Notes: a model not told the origin generated them from the sequence alone. Counted from the first letter of the stretch, positions 8,870-17,674 are shown. The stretch: DNA of 64,000 nucleotides from a virus (IMGVR_UViG_3300032087_004763:32001-96000), one strand, 5' to 3'. A program made the numbers and translations.

Positions 8870-9814
8870 TTACATATTTTTGTAAACAAATTCAAGTGCA
8901 CGATCTGCTTCTTTATCAAGTGGGCGGTTAGAGTACCAGTTACCGGTCTCGGCATCAAGCTGCTTACACATCTGTGAGATCTCTGCAGCAGTGATAGGGT
9001 ATTGCTTTCTTACGGCGTTTGCAGCCACAGAAACCATAATTCGATACATTGTATGATACCAGCCAGTACCAGTAATCGAACGATATTCCGCTTCAAGGTG
9101 TTTCGGAAAGAACGGACAGTCATGATATGAGTTCCAACTATAGTTAGTATTGTCTAGCTTAGACTTACGATGTTCAATGATTTGCTTTTGAACTTCTTCA
9201 GGCAGCCGATCAAAGAAGTTGTTTCCATCACGTTTCTCAGTATACGGAAACTCTTTGATCAGGGCATCAGGGTCAATAGGTGATATGCCACCACCATTAA
9301 AAATAAAATTGTCAGCACCAGCGTACCGACCAGGGACATAATACATTCTTGAAAGATCGCGTGTTTGTCGATCTGCGATGTGATCCAATTTTGTGTTAAG
9401 AGCATACCAGAAGGCTTTGATTTCATCTTTTCCCACTCTTCGCTCAAGTGGAAAGACAAGCCTAAACTTAGGACTATCCGGTGTGCTGCTTGCAGTACTA
9501 TAGCAAAGATAGTACCAATCACCAACCAACTCATCAAGCTCACTCTTTAGATCTCCTTTAAATTCGTGGTCATCAACATCGACTGCACACCAACGTCCCC
9601 AGTCGACAACATTATCATTTGCTCTTGTTTTATTTATAACATAGGTCGCCGGCGAAATGAGTTGTGCATCTTTCTTCGACGCACGATCCACCTTCGCCAG
9701 GTCATATAGTAGCTTTTCAAATTCGGCGAAGGATTTGAAATCCATCCGCTTGTGCGTTTTGTTATCAAAGATACTTTTGAATAAAGTGAGGGAAGTACCC
9801 GTGGTTTCCGTCAT
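8870..9814 (-). CDS. AEP-superfamily primase-like protein
   Basis: LISPA, AVDVDD, YSTASS, KFRLVFPL, DLSRMYYVP, helical C-terminal domain; likely start MTETTG. Confidence 0.7.
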   Translation of the reverse strand: MTETTGTSLTLFKSIFDNKTHKRMDFKSFAEFEKLLYDLAKVDRASKKDAQLISPATYVINKTRANDNVVDWGRWCAVDVDDHEFKGDLKSELDELVGDWYYLCYSTASSTPDSPKFRLVFPLERRVGKDEIKAFWYALNTKLDHIADRQTRDLSRMYYVPGRYAGADNFIFNGGGISPIDPDALIKEFPYTEKRDGNNFFDRLPEEVQKQIIEHRKSKLDNTNYSWNSYHDCPFFPKHLEAEYRSITGTGWYHTMYRIMVSVAANAVRKQYPITAAEISQMCKQLDAETGNWYSNRPLDKEADRALEFVYKNM

Positions 9815-10199
9815 GGCTCGGTGCCTTCCATTCGAGTGGTTTGATGAGGTCTGGTAATCCGAGTGGATTTGGTCGTTCGGGCTTGACGCCAACTTTTTTC
9901 GCCATGTTTGCATTATGTACTTCATCCCAAGCTTTATGAGAGTTGATACCGAAGGCATCCAATGTGCCTAGGGCAACGACGATAATATCGATCAGACCGT
10001 CAACCACCTCTTCTGGGTCTTGGTCGTGATAGATCGCCTTCAATGTTTCTTTATATTCTTCGTTGATAAAATCCATACGAAAGTTAAGAAACGATTTCAA
10101 TGCTTCTTTATCGCCTTCTTCAATTTTAGTTCTTACCCATTCATGTACGCCATACTTTGCATGCATGTCATGAATATCTTTTACCATGTCATTTGACAT
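9765..10199 (-). CDS. All-alpha NTP pyrophosphohydrolase (MazG/dUTPase-dCTPase-like)
   Basis: FINEEYKE, EVVDGLIDI, EVHNANMAK, DLIKP. Confidence 0.85.
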   Translation of the reverse strand: MSNDMVKDIHDMHAKYGVHEWVRTKIEEGDKEALKSFLNFRMDFINEEYKETLKAIYHDQDPEEVVDGLIDIIVVALGTLDAFGINSHKAWDEVHNANMAKKVGVKPERPNPLGLPDLIKPLEWKAPSHDGNHGYFPHFIQKYL

Positions 10200-10222
10200 T
10201 TACTTTCTCCGTTTAGATGGAT

Positions 10223-10252
10223 ATTATACATTGATTCTCTGGGAATGTACAC
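10223..10252 (-). promoter_or_regulatory. Early-type promoter
   Basis: GTGTACA-N17-TATAAT. Confidence 0.8.
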
Positions 10253-10254
10253 AG

Positions 10255-12696
10255 TTAAATAAAAAATTCTTCAAGGGTAGCCTGCTTCTCCGCTTCCCAA
10301 CCGATTGCATTCAGAATAAAATTCAACGGCTCGATGAACGTCTTCTCGAACTGCTTGTCGTAGTCTACATATTTATGCAGCTGAAGTTCTGGAGGTAAGT
10401 AGTCCGGGAACGTGATGACATTCTCACGGATGTGGTTAGGCATCTTCAGATAGCAGAATTTGGCTTTATCCCCAGCTTGAATAAGTTCATATTTCTTCTG
10501 AAGGGACTTGTCCTTGATATAATGATTGTAGAGTAACGCACCGCGCACATGTATCGGCGTACCCTTCGTGTAGATTGATTTTCGATCTGACCATTTGACA
10601 ACCTCCGAGACACCACGTGGGAAGGATACCTCTTCTGGAGAAAGCGAGTTAAATCTTGATTTGAATTCAGCAATCGCCTGTTGCGTTTCCTCCTCAGTGG
10701 ACGAGACAATAACCTTAAAGAGTTTCTTGAGCGCATCCCTGCAAACAGCCGGGGTAGACGATTTGATGGCTTCGATCCCCATGATCTTGAGTTTGGGTTC
10801 CGCATACTGAACTCCTTCCGAGTTGTGTACGTTAAGTATGTATCTTTTCTTTGCCGTCCAGATACCACGATCGGCAATGACTTCGCGTGACATCTCCATA
10901 CGTTTCTTGTAGCAGTTCATGTTGTGGAAGAGTTCGTCGTACGCTTTCTCAAGGACTTTCTCGAAGTGGGTTTTGCACGCCTCGTCGAGGAACTTGACCG
11001 GGTCAGGCGGATTGAAATGCTGAACAAAGCTGCCAAAATCAACGTAAAGAGAATCAGTGTCAATTGCGATAACATAGTCTTTGTCCGTCTTCAGTAGTTT
11101 GTTCATCTCAGCATTGATTGCTGTCTCGGCCCACTGGATCACACGTTGACCCGTGAGTGTCACACCCTCTGCTAAGCGGAGATCAAAATATTTAAAGTAT
11201 ACGTTGCCAAGAGCACCATAGAGAGAGTTAAGAAGAATTTTGAGGGCCATCTGCCTGTTCTCAAGCTGATTAATCTCCTTCTCAAGAGCATATGTTTTTT
11301 CCTTTTCGTATTCTTGTTGAGCCGCAAGCATCATCTTTTTGATGCTCGTCCTTTCATCATAGTAGTCAATAATGATATTCGGAATCACACCTTCACGGTC
11401 TTTACGATAGAATGAACCATTTGCTGCACAGGTTGCGTCTTCTGATTGTCTATCAATCAATGTCTCGGTTGACATATTCCACTGTACAATGATGTTCGGG
11501 TACAGTGAATTTAAGTCAAACGATACTACCCAATCATGCAGTCCGACCTGAGGTTCTTTCACAAAGCCACCGGCAAAAGATTGCTTCTGTGCTGGTATGA
11601 CTTCGAGTGGTGGCACCTTCCTGAGTGACTGCAGCTTACGATAGATAATCGATTCCCATATTGCAGTCGTACCAAACGTGTCATTGTAATTGACACCACC
11701 TTTGTATGCCACTGTCATGGCAAGAGTAATCAGACCCATCTTGTCTTCAAGACGTTCGACCAACTGAACATCCTTCATGTTATAGTCGATGTATCTCTGA
11801 TAGTCATCCTTGTACAGATTACGAAGAGAACCAGATTCTTCGAAGCTGAGTTTCTTTTCACCAAGAACTACGGATGCAATGTGATCTAGCTTATAGGATT
11901 CCTGTGCACCGTACGAGTAACCAAACTTCTGGAACAGTTCTAGGTAGTCTAGCTGACTGATACCCTTGATATCGTATGTGTCTTCCTTGCGTTGACGACG
12001 TGTGACCTCACGATAATCGATCAGTCCCCACGGTGAATATTTATTCACGGCTTCTAGCCCAACGACCTTTGCCGTGCGATTAATTAGATACGGAACATCG
12101 AAGAATCGAATATTCCAGCCAGTGATTACATCAGGACTGTGAATCGGATTGTTCCAGTATTCCAGGAACTTTACTAGCAGGTCAAACTCGTTATCACATT
12201 TAATGAAGTGAACTGGTTGGATCAGGGCTTTCTCTGTATCAAAGTCGCCATAGCCCCAGACACGGTAGTAGTCGTTCTTGTTTGACTTGACCGTGATCGA
12301 TAGGACTTCTTGGTCTGCCTTTGATGGTTCAGGGAATCCATCCTCGTAGGCAGTTTCGATATCGATTGTCAGGACGTTGATTGTATCCCGGTCAAATGTG
12401 ATATCACGTGGAAATTTCTCTGTGATATATTGATGGATATAATTCTTTGCCCCATAGATTTTGTAGCCAGCCACATCACGATACATCTCGACGTGGTTCT
12501 TGGCATCTTTCATGGAGTCAAATTGGATTGAGTCTACGTCTGCTCCATCAATAGAAGTCCATCCCGTAGGTTTACGGGATGTGACATAGAGAGTTGGTTT
12601 GAATTTTTCTTTACGTTGGACACGCTCACCATTGTCGGCGTATCCTCGGTAAAGTATTGAGTTTGCATAACGATTAACTGATGTATAAAAGGGCAT
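10255..12696 (-). CDS. gp43: Family B DNA polymerase
   Basis: DIET exonuclease, [26 protein letters not shown]. Confidence 0.98.
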   Translation of the reverse strand: MPFYTSVNRYANSILYRGYADNGERVQRKEKFKPTLYVTSRKPTGWTSIDGADVDSIQFDSMKDAKNHVEMYRDVAGYKIYGAKNYIHQYITEKFPRDITFDRDTINVLTIDIETAYEDGFPEPSKADQEVLSITVKSNKNDYYRVWGYGDFDTEKALIQPVHFIKCDNEFDLLVKFLEYWNNPIHSPDVITGWNIRFFDVPYLINRTAKVVGLEAVNKYSPWGLIDYREVTRRQRKEDTYDIKGISQLDYLELFQKFGYSYGAQESYKLDHIASVVLGEKKLSFEESGSLRNLYKDDYQRYIDYNMKDVQLVERLEDKMGLITLAMTVAYKGGVNYNDTFGTTAIWESIIYRKLQSLRKVPPLEVIPAQKQSFAGGFVKEPQVGLHDWVVSFDLNSLYPNIIVQWNMSTETLIDRQSEDATCAANGSFYRKDREGVIPNIIIDYYDERTSIKKMMLAAQQEYEKEKTYALEKEINQLENRQMALKILLNSLYGALGNVYFKYFDLRLAEGVTLTGQRVIQWAETAINAEMNKLLKTDKDYVIAIDTDSLYVDFGSFVQHFNPPDPVKFLDEACKTHFEKVLEKAYDELFHNMNCYKKRMEMSREVIADRGIWTAKKRYILNVHNSEGVQYAEPKLKIMGIEAIKSSTPAVCRDALKKLFKVIVSSTEEETQQAIAEFKSRFNSLSPEEVSFPRGVSEVVKWSDRKSIYTKGTPIHVRGALLYNHYIKDKSLQKKYELIQAGDKAKFCYLKMPNHIRENVITFPDYLPPELQLHKYVDYDKQFEKTFIEPLNFILNAIGWEAEKQATLEEFFI

Positions 12697-12719
12697 AGAT
12701 TCTCCATGATGAATAGGGT

Positions 12720-12749
12720 ATTATACACCGGATTTGAGTAAAAGTAAAC
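12720..12749 (-). promoter_or_regulatory. Early-type promoter for gp43
   Basis: GTTTACT-N17-TATAAT (T4 early consensus). Confidence 0.8.
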
Positions 12750-12751
12750 AG

Positions 12752-12889
12752 TTAAAGTGGTCCCCAGAACAATTCAGTAAGAAACATGGCTATTGCAGCA
12801 ATGCCTAAAAAATACGGGAAGACTAAAAGCGTTCTCGAAAACCAGCCAGAATTCTTAAACTCTTCCCACCACGTATCATTCCTTAACAT
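12752..12889 (-). CDS. Small membrane protein (45 aa; not in ORF track)
   Basis: MLRNDTWWEEFKNSGWFSRTLLVFPYFLGIAAIAMFLTELFWGPL; one hydrophobic segment. Confidence 0.6.
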   Translation of the reverse strand: MLRNDTWWEEFKNSGWFSRTLLVFPYFLGIAAIAMFLTELFWGPL

Positions 12890-13058
12890 CTTCGATACTT
12901 ACGATAGACGATTTCGAAATATCCTCGTAAGCTTCTTCTTCATGATTATAGAACACAATCCTATGATTAGTAGGATTCATATTTAAGTGAGGAACTTCGG
13001 AGAGAATCTTTGTAATCTTTTCTCCTGTTCTATAATGTTTAAACGTTATCTTCTTCAC
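12876..13058 (-). CDS. Small hypothetical protein (SH3/WYL-like beta fold possible)
   Basis: Likely GTG start MKKITFKHYRTGE. Confidence 0.6.
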   Translation of the reverse strand: MKKITFKHYRTGEKITKILSEVPHLNMNPTNHRIVFYNHEEEAYEDISKSSIVSIEDVKE

Positions 13059-13188
13059 ATTGTCCACAACAATCTGGTGTGCCGCATTTATCATGTACTA
13101 CTCCATCACCCTCGAGAGGATTATCTAACCATACATGGCCATCGGAGTCTGCCTCCGGGCCTTTCCATTTATCAACCGTAGACGACAT
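13039..13188 (-). CDS. Cys-rich acidic microprotein (49 aa; not in ORF track)
   Basis: MSSTVDKWKGPEADSDGHVWLDNPLEGDGVVHDKCGTPDCCGQCEEDNV; fills otherwise empty gap. Confidence 0.65.
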   Translation of the reverse strand: MSSTVDKWKGPEADSDGHVWLDNPLEGDGVVHDKCGTPDCCGQCEEDNV

Positions 13189-13720
13189 CAGCCTTCAACA
13201 TATTAAAATAGTCTAGCACTGCTTCTGGTGATGATTCACCATATGGGTCTGGATCATCTTCAGTAGCATCTGGTTCCACAAACATTTTCTCGATCACGCC
13301 GTTATCAACGATCATTGCATAGCGACGACTACGCTTACCGAAACAGACGTCTGTCATATCAACTAACATGCCCATCTTTTCAGTAAACTCTCCGTTGCCG
13401 TCTGGAATGAAATCGATCTTACCAAATGCATCTTGATCAAGCATCCACTTACGCATTACAAAAGAATCATTTACCGACAAAACGTAGATCTCGTCGATCC
13501 CATTTGCTTTGATAGCCTCTCGTTGCTCTACAAAACCCGGCACTTGATAAGTGGAACAGGTGGGTGTAAATGCACCTGGTAGGGAGAATACTAGAACTCG
13601 CTGTGCTAGAAATATGTCCTTTGTTGTTTGATCTACCCATTTAAATGGATTGTCTCCTCCAATAGACTCGTCTCTTACTCTCTTCTTGAAAGTGACGTTT
13701 GGTACTGGTTGTCCTTCCAT
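13172..13720 (-). CDS. Peroxiredoxin, Prx5/type II
   Basis: SLPGAFTPTCS, SVNDSFVM, DGNGEF, RSRRYAM. Confidence 0.95.
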   Translation of the reverse strand: MEGQPVPNVTFKKRVRDESIGGDNPFKWVDQTTKDIFLAQRVLVFSLPGAFTPTCSTYQVPGFVEQREAIKANGIDEIYVLSVNDSFVMRKWMLDQDAFGKIDFIPDGNGEFTEKMGMLVDMTDVCFGKRSRRYAMIVDNGVIEKMFVEPDATEDDPDPYGESSPEAVLDYFNMLKADVVYG

Positions 13721-13863
13721 TACCCTTGTCCTCTGTATGTCTTGTGTGATCGCCTCTTCGTTTTGTTCATCGAAGAAGTTTTAATTGTACCTCTACCGAT
13801 AGAGGTTCCTTTTTTAAAAGATTCAGGGCGCCATGCGACACCCAACGAACTCTTGCTTGCCAT
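13720..13863 (-). CDS. Small basic protein (47 aa)
   Basis: MASKSSLGVAWRPESFKKGTSIGRGTIKTSSMNKTKRRSHKTYRGQG; TAATG coupling on both sides. Confidence 0.75.
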   Translation of the reverse strand: MASKSSLGVAWRPESFKKGTSIGRGTIKTSSMNKTKRRSHKTYRGQG

Positions 13864-13964
13864 TAGTCTTTTAATCTCTTTACAAAATCAATAATGCCAT
13901 CTAGCTTCCATCTTACGATCCACCCTAAAGCGAATCCAAGTATAAATCCTAATGTCATAAACAT
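13863..13964 (-). CDS. Small single-pass membrane peptide (33 aa)
   Basis: MFMTLGFILGFALGWIVRWKLDGIIDFVKRLKD; TAATG coupling on both sides. Confidence 0.65.
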   Translation of the reverse strand: MFMTLGFILGFALGWIVRWKLDGIIDFVKRLKD

Positions 13965-14428
13965 TATGCGTTAATCCCTTCGCTATATTGTGTCTTACCA
14001 TCTACGCGTGATGCAGTTAGAATGGACTTTCTGTTATCCCCATCAGCTTTGTAGCTAACATGTACCCAACCAGAATCAGGGATACCGGGAGTATAGAACT
14101 CGAGAATAAGCTGATCAAAATCCAGGTTGTCTCGGATCCATTCTGCCAACTCTGCATTAGGAACGCCCGGCACTTCGATGTCAGCTGCTTCACCTTTGCA
14201 ATGCTGGCTCTTACTAGATCCACCAACAGCAGCATTAAGGTCAGGGGAACGATAACCGCTATTAAGCACAGTAGGACCAAAATGGTCTCGTACAGGTTGT
14301 ACAACATTTTCGAAAAGAGCGATCGCTGCATCCATGTGATCTCCCTGTGGAGTGTTGTCGATCCCCTTACGCTCAGCAGTCTGTGACTTTGTAAATTCTG
14401 CTAGGGAAAAGTTCTTAGATAGTTTCAT
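13964..14428 (-). CDS. Peptidase M15A (Zn peptidase, probable endolysin)
   Basis: MKLSKNFSLAEF, SGYRS, SQHCKGEAAD, WVHVS; ACAGGAG SD. Confidence 0.9.
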   Translation of the reverse strand: MKLSKNFSLAEFTKSQTAERKGIDNTPQGDHMDAAIALFENVVQPVRDHFGPTVLNSGYRSPDLNAAVGGSSKSQHCKGEAADIEVPGVPNAELAEWIRDNLDFDQLILEFYTPGIPDSGWVHVSYKADGDNRKSILTASRVDGKTQYSEGINA

Positions 14429-14439
14429 TTTATCTCCTG

Positions 14440-14468
14440 TAGAAAGGAGCCCCGTAGGACTCCTTCTA
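14440..14468 (-). terminator. Stem-loop (cUACGg), terminator/attenuator
   Basis: AAGGAGTCC-TACG-GGGCTCCTT followed by TCT. Confidence 0.6.
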
Positions 14469-14471
14469 ACT

Positions 14472-14708
14472 TTAGTCTTTCTTTGTGACGAACTTATAAA
14501 GCTCTTCAGCCTTAGACATGATCTCTTGAGGCTGGTACATTTTTGGTGTGTACTTCTCAAAGATTTCTTTTACGTCTTGTGAGTTTTTCTCAGCCTGATT
14601 GACCATGGTCCAGTATTGTTGATTAGCAATCTCATACTGTTGGTCCATCAGATCCTTAGCCATTTTCAATACATCGAAGCGAAGTTCGAATGGTGATTTG
14701 TTTGACAT
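14472..14708 (-). CDS. Hypothetical protein
   Basis: 78-aa ORF MSNKSPFELRFDVLKMAKD with GAGGA SD. Confidence 0.8.
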   Translation of the reverse strand: MSNKSPFELRFDVLKMAKDLMDQQYEIANQQYWTMVNQAEKNSQDVKEIFEKYTPKMYQPQEIMSKAEELYKFVTKKD

Positions 14709-14803
14709 ATCTGTGTCCTCTGTGTGTGTATATTGGCCTTCGGCCGAACATTAGAGTAACCCAAGCTAGCTAGTAATATCATACCAGCAACGATCAGATT
14801 GAA

Positions 14804-15055
14804 TTACTCTTTTCCTTTAGTCGTGTCGTCCAGGATAAACTGAACAACTTCATGATACGTCATATCTTTGAAGTCCTTGTTATGTGTCTTCAAGTGATGT
14901 GCTGTATCAAATGCCGCTTGTAAACGGCGGGCTTCAATGAACGCCTCAAAGATGCGAACAAAGAAGTTACCTACGGCCAGTGCCAGCAACATTACTGGTG
15001 CTACTGCCCTCTTCCAAGAGTAACTCAGACTCTCTTGATGTGTTGTGGTTGTCAT
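14804..15055 (-). CDS. Hypothetical protein
   Basis: Likely start MTTTTHQ with GAGGAG SD; overlaps hsp20 3' end. Confidence 0.65.
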   Translation of the reverse strand: MTTTTHQESLSYSWKRAVAPVMLLALAVGNFFVRIFEAFIEARRLQAAFDTAHHLKTHNKDFKDMTYHEVVQFILDDTTKGKE

Positions 15056-15488
15056 GTGTGACTCCTCGTGAATTTGAACTAATTTCAATTTGACGAGGAC
15101 GCATCTCTTCTGGGACGACTACTTCCAAACCAATGGCAAGTATGCCATCCGTAAGATCTGCTCCATTTACCTGAACATACTCAGACAAACGAAATGTTTT
15201 TTCGAATTTCTTGGTCGAGATATTCTTGTGAATGTATTCTCTACCTCGATTTTCATGCTTACCCCTGACCTTCAGCGATCTATCCTTTACCTCGATATCT
15301 AACTCATTGCGAGCGAAACCAGCAACTGCCAGTTCGATAAGATACTTGGTATCGTCGACCTTGACGATATTGTGTGGGGGATAGTTATCGTTCGCATGCC
15401 TTGCGACACGGTCGAGCTCATCAAACAAATGATCGAACCCTACAAACGCCGAACGTGGGAAAAGTGAATGTACACCTTGTACTGTCAT
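14967..15488 (-). CDS. Small heat-shock protein (Hsp20, IbpA-like)
   Basis: VGFDHLF, NYPPHNI, IELAVAGF, ADLTDGIL, PEEMRPRQIEI. Confidence 0.95.
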   Translation of the reverse strand: MTVQGVHSLFPRSAFVGFDHLFDELDRVARHANDNYPPHNIVKVDDTKYLIELAVAGFARNELDIEVKDRSLKVRGKHENRGREYIHKNISTKKFEKTFRLSEYVQVNGADLTDGILAIGLEVVVPEEMRPRQIEISSNSRGVTHDNHNTSRESELLLEEGSSTSNVAGTGRR

Positions 15489-15550
15489 GATTGACCTCCT
15501 AATTAAGCAAGGTTATGTTACTCGGACCGGACCTATTCCGCATCCGTTAC
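15486..15550 (-). promoter_or_regulatory. ROSE-like RNA thermometer in hsp20 leader
   Basis: ACCUU-G-CU pairs with AGGAGGU leaving a bulged G (UUGCU motif); upstream CGGA..CGGA/UCCG..UCCG hairpin. Confidence 0.7.
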
Positions 15551-15678
15551 TATATATACAGGAACCTATAAAGTTCTAGCATATATTTAAACTTTTTTGG
15601 TTGATGAATTGGATCAGGAAGCTTTCCGAAAAGCTCCAACATTTTCTCTAAATGTTTTTCTACTTCCTTTGAATTCAT
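15550..15678 (-). CDS. Small hypothetical protein (42 aa)
   Basis: MNSKEVEKHLEKMLELFGKLPDPIHQPKKFKYMLELYRFLYI. Confidence 0.55.
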   Translation of the reverse strand: MNSKEVEKHLEKMLELFGKLPDPIHQPKKFKYMLELYRFLYI

Positions 15679-15775
15679 TTTCGCATTTATCACTACAAAA
15701 ATTTACCCAATCTGCATCAATCATTTTACGAAATTCTTTTTGACAGTTAGGGCATTCGATTTTTTTATAGTTCAT
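15614..15775 (-). CDS. Small treble-clef zinc-finger protein (53 aa)
   Basis: CPNC...FCSDKC; ATGA overlap with regA stop. Confidence 0.6.
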   Translation of the reverse strand: MNYKKIECPNCQKEFRKMIDADWVNFCSDKCENEFKGSRKTFRENVGAFRKAS

Positions 15776-16182
15776 TTGTTTCCTATATTGTACTTAGGAC
15801 AAAGCTCCCATTGATCCTTATCTTTGAAAGAGATAATTTTAATTTGTCTGAGAGGAGCAAGGGGTTTTGCCGACTCACCATTCTCGATAGTGATAAGACC
15901 CCAATCAGACATGAGTGTAGCGATAGTATTTCGGCGGGCTACGTCGTTCTCTTCTAGATTAGATTTTTTTCCATCTAGGAGAAAGAGTTCTTTGAAGTGT
16001 ACTATGAAATACCTACCCTGTTTATGTAGGATATGGCACGATTGAAATAGTTTCTTGTCTTTCCGTGATGCGACTCCGATGCGAGTCAGCGTTTCTCTTA
16101 CTTTCAAAAAGTCATCCGGTTCATTGAGTGTTACCTCGAGCATCTTACTCGGGTTCCATTCTACGAGATTATTTTCTTCCAC
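15772..16182 (-). CDS. regA: Translational repressor RegA
   Basis: DDFLKVRETLTRIGVAS, QSCHILHKQGRYFIVHFKELF, PKYNIG. Confidence 0.97.
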   Translation of the reverse strand: MEENNLVEWNPSKMLEVTLNEPDDFLKVRETLTRIGVASRKDKKLFQSCHILHKQGRYFIVHFKELFLLDGKKSNLEENDVARRNTIATLMSDWGLITIENGESAKPLAPLRQIKIISFKDKDQWELCPKYNIGNK

Positions 16183-16546
16183 CTTTATTCACCTTCTTAT
16201 ATAATTCATGAATTTGGTCAGTGGAAAGGATCTCGAGTACTTGTAAGGCTTTCTCTTCGTTATAGCCATAATATTCTTTGATAACTTCCACGTCACTGTC
16301 GATTTTTTTCTTATCCCATTTTGAAAAGCGTTTCCGCTTACGTATTATATTTATCAAAAAATCGAATTGTAGACGTGAGTCTAGATGATGATTCAGATTC
16401 ATCTCATTGGCTGCAAGAACAGTATCAGGGAAATAGGATAAAGACCGATTCACCATGAAGCTGTTGTATTCTTTTTCTACGATATCATCAACCATGATAT
16501 CTTTCTTTGTGTAATTAATTGAGTTTAAAAATTCAAAAGGATTCAT
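16169..16546 (-). CDS. gp62: Clamp loader small subunit
   Basis: FMVNRSLS, LQFDFLINIIRKRKRFSKW; synteny. Confidence 0.92.
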   Translation of the reverse strand: MNPFEFLNSINYTKKDIMVDDIVEKEYNSFMVNRSLSYFPDTVLAANEMNLNHHLDSRLQFDFLINIIRKRKRFSKWDKKKIDSDVEVIKEYYGYNEEKALQVLEILSTDQIHELYKKVNKGGRK

Positions 16547-16710
16547 ATTATATGTGTCATTAAAAAGTTAGCAATGATTGATAAGCAAGTAACAATATGT
16601 AGTATTACCCAAGAGGTTCTGATGATGGCCACACGATTATCATATGGTCTTGTGGTCTCATCATCAAATGAACCAATTGCGTATTTCCATGCATTCCAGA
16701 TTCTAGACAA
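16543..16710 (-). CDS. Small membrane protein (55 aa; not in ORF track)
   Basis: TTG start, MSRIWNAWKYAIGSFDDETTRPYDNRVAIIRTSWVILHIVTCLSIIANF...; fills the 44-62 gap. Confidence 0.6.
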   Translation of the reverse strand: MSRIWNAWKYAIGSFDDETTRPYDNRVAIIRTSWVILHIVTCLSIIANFLMTHII

Positions 16711-17650
16711 AATCGACGTTCGCCATAATCTCTGTCATACAAGCCACGGTATTCAGTTCATGGTCTGCGACGAATGCATTTTTATATGAATAGTCCGCCA
16801 GGATCAAGACGAGCTGAGGGATTGACTCGGGCTTAATCTTCTCATTCATTTGATCATAGATCGCACGAAAGATAGCTGTGGCGTCAGCATCAACATTTTG
16901 CGCTACCCATGAGCGCATCTTTTTAAAGTCTTTTGATTTTAAATAATCAAAGAGAGAACTATAGGATAGAACGTTACTATCGCCCCTGTCGCTATCAATC
17001 CCCACCATAGAATGTCGCTGAAGTTCATTTAATATCCTCCTCCAGTCTGGAGCATGTTTCATAATTAAGTTAGCCAATGATTTATCATCAATGCGACTAA
17101 CGCCTTCTGCATCTAATATAGATGTTGCGCGTTTCATAAATTGGGCTGCGAGGCCTGCGAGTTCTTTTTTAGTGGTGTTAAACTCGTAAACACCGCACCG
17201 AGAGTGTAGCGGCTCGATGATCCGATTCTTAAAGTTGCATGTCAGAATGAACCGACAGTTGTTTGCAAACTCCTCGATGAATCCACGAAGAGCTGGTTGA
17301 GTTGACTGGGCGTTTAAGTAATCTGCTTCATCGAGTATGACGACTTTGTATCCACCTTGTAGTGATACAGTAGAAGCGAATTGCTTAATTTTTGTTCGAA
17401 GTGTGTCGATGTTACCAGACTCGGATGCATTGATGATGATCCAGTCTAGATCTAGTTCGTTGCACAATGCTTTAGCGACGGTAGTCTTGCCAAGACCAGC
17501 GGTACCGCTAAACATCATGTTTGGTAATTCACCACCATCTACTATCTTTTGAAAGGTGGCTTTGAGTGTATCCGGTAGGACACAATCAGAAATGGTTTGT
17601 GGACGGTATTTCTCAACCCACAAAAAATCTTGCATAATATAATCTCTCAA
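16703..17650 (-). CDS. gp44: Clamp loader large subunit
   Basis: LWVEKYRP, GLGKTT, ILDEAD, PLHSRC; true start probably MQDFLW at 17635. Confidence 0.97.
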   Translation of the reverse strand: MRDYIMQDFLWVEKYRPQTISDCVLPDTLKATFQKIVDGGELPNMMFSGTAGLGKTTVAKALCNELDLDWIIINASESGNIDTLRTKIKQFASTVSLQGGYKVVILDEADYLNAQSTQPALRGFIEEFANNCRFILTCNFKNRIIEPLHSRCGVYEFNTTKKELAGLAAQFMKRATSILDAEGVSRIDDKSLANLIMKHAPDWRRILNELQRHSMVGIDSDRGDSNVLSYSSLFDYLKSKDFKKMRSWVAQNVDADATAIFRAIYDQMNEKIKPESIPQLVLILADYSYKNAFVADHELNTVACMTEIMANVDFV

Positions 17651-17656
17651 AGGGGT

Positions 17657-17670
17657 GGGGCCGAAGCCCC
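17657..17670 (-). terminator. UUCG stem-loop
   Basis: GGGGC-TTCG-GCCCC; short U tail, so may be a stabiliser or processing hairpin. Confidence 0.5.
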
Positions 17671-17674
17671 GTTA

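Noticed and set aside
10255-12696. Intein, intron or split in gp43 (also checked gp41, gp17, gp20)
   Set aside because: Lengths are normal or compact, motifs contiguous, no splice-junction signatures.
13058-13094. Track start MINAAHQ for ORF 12876..13094
   Set aside because: The region is better explained by the overlapping Cys-rich ORF with a GTG start at 13058; not certain, as a GGAG does precede the ATG.
14709-14803. GGCC-GAA-GGCC hairpin and ACACAC-rich leader as ncRNA or CsrA sites
   Set aside because: Too short; GGA motifs coincide with ordinary SD sequences.
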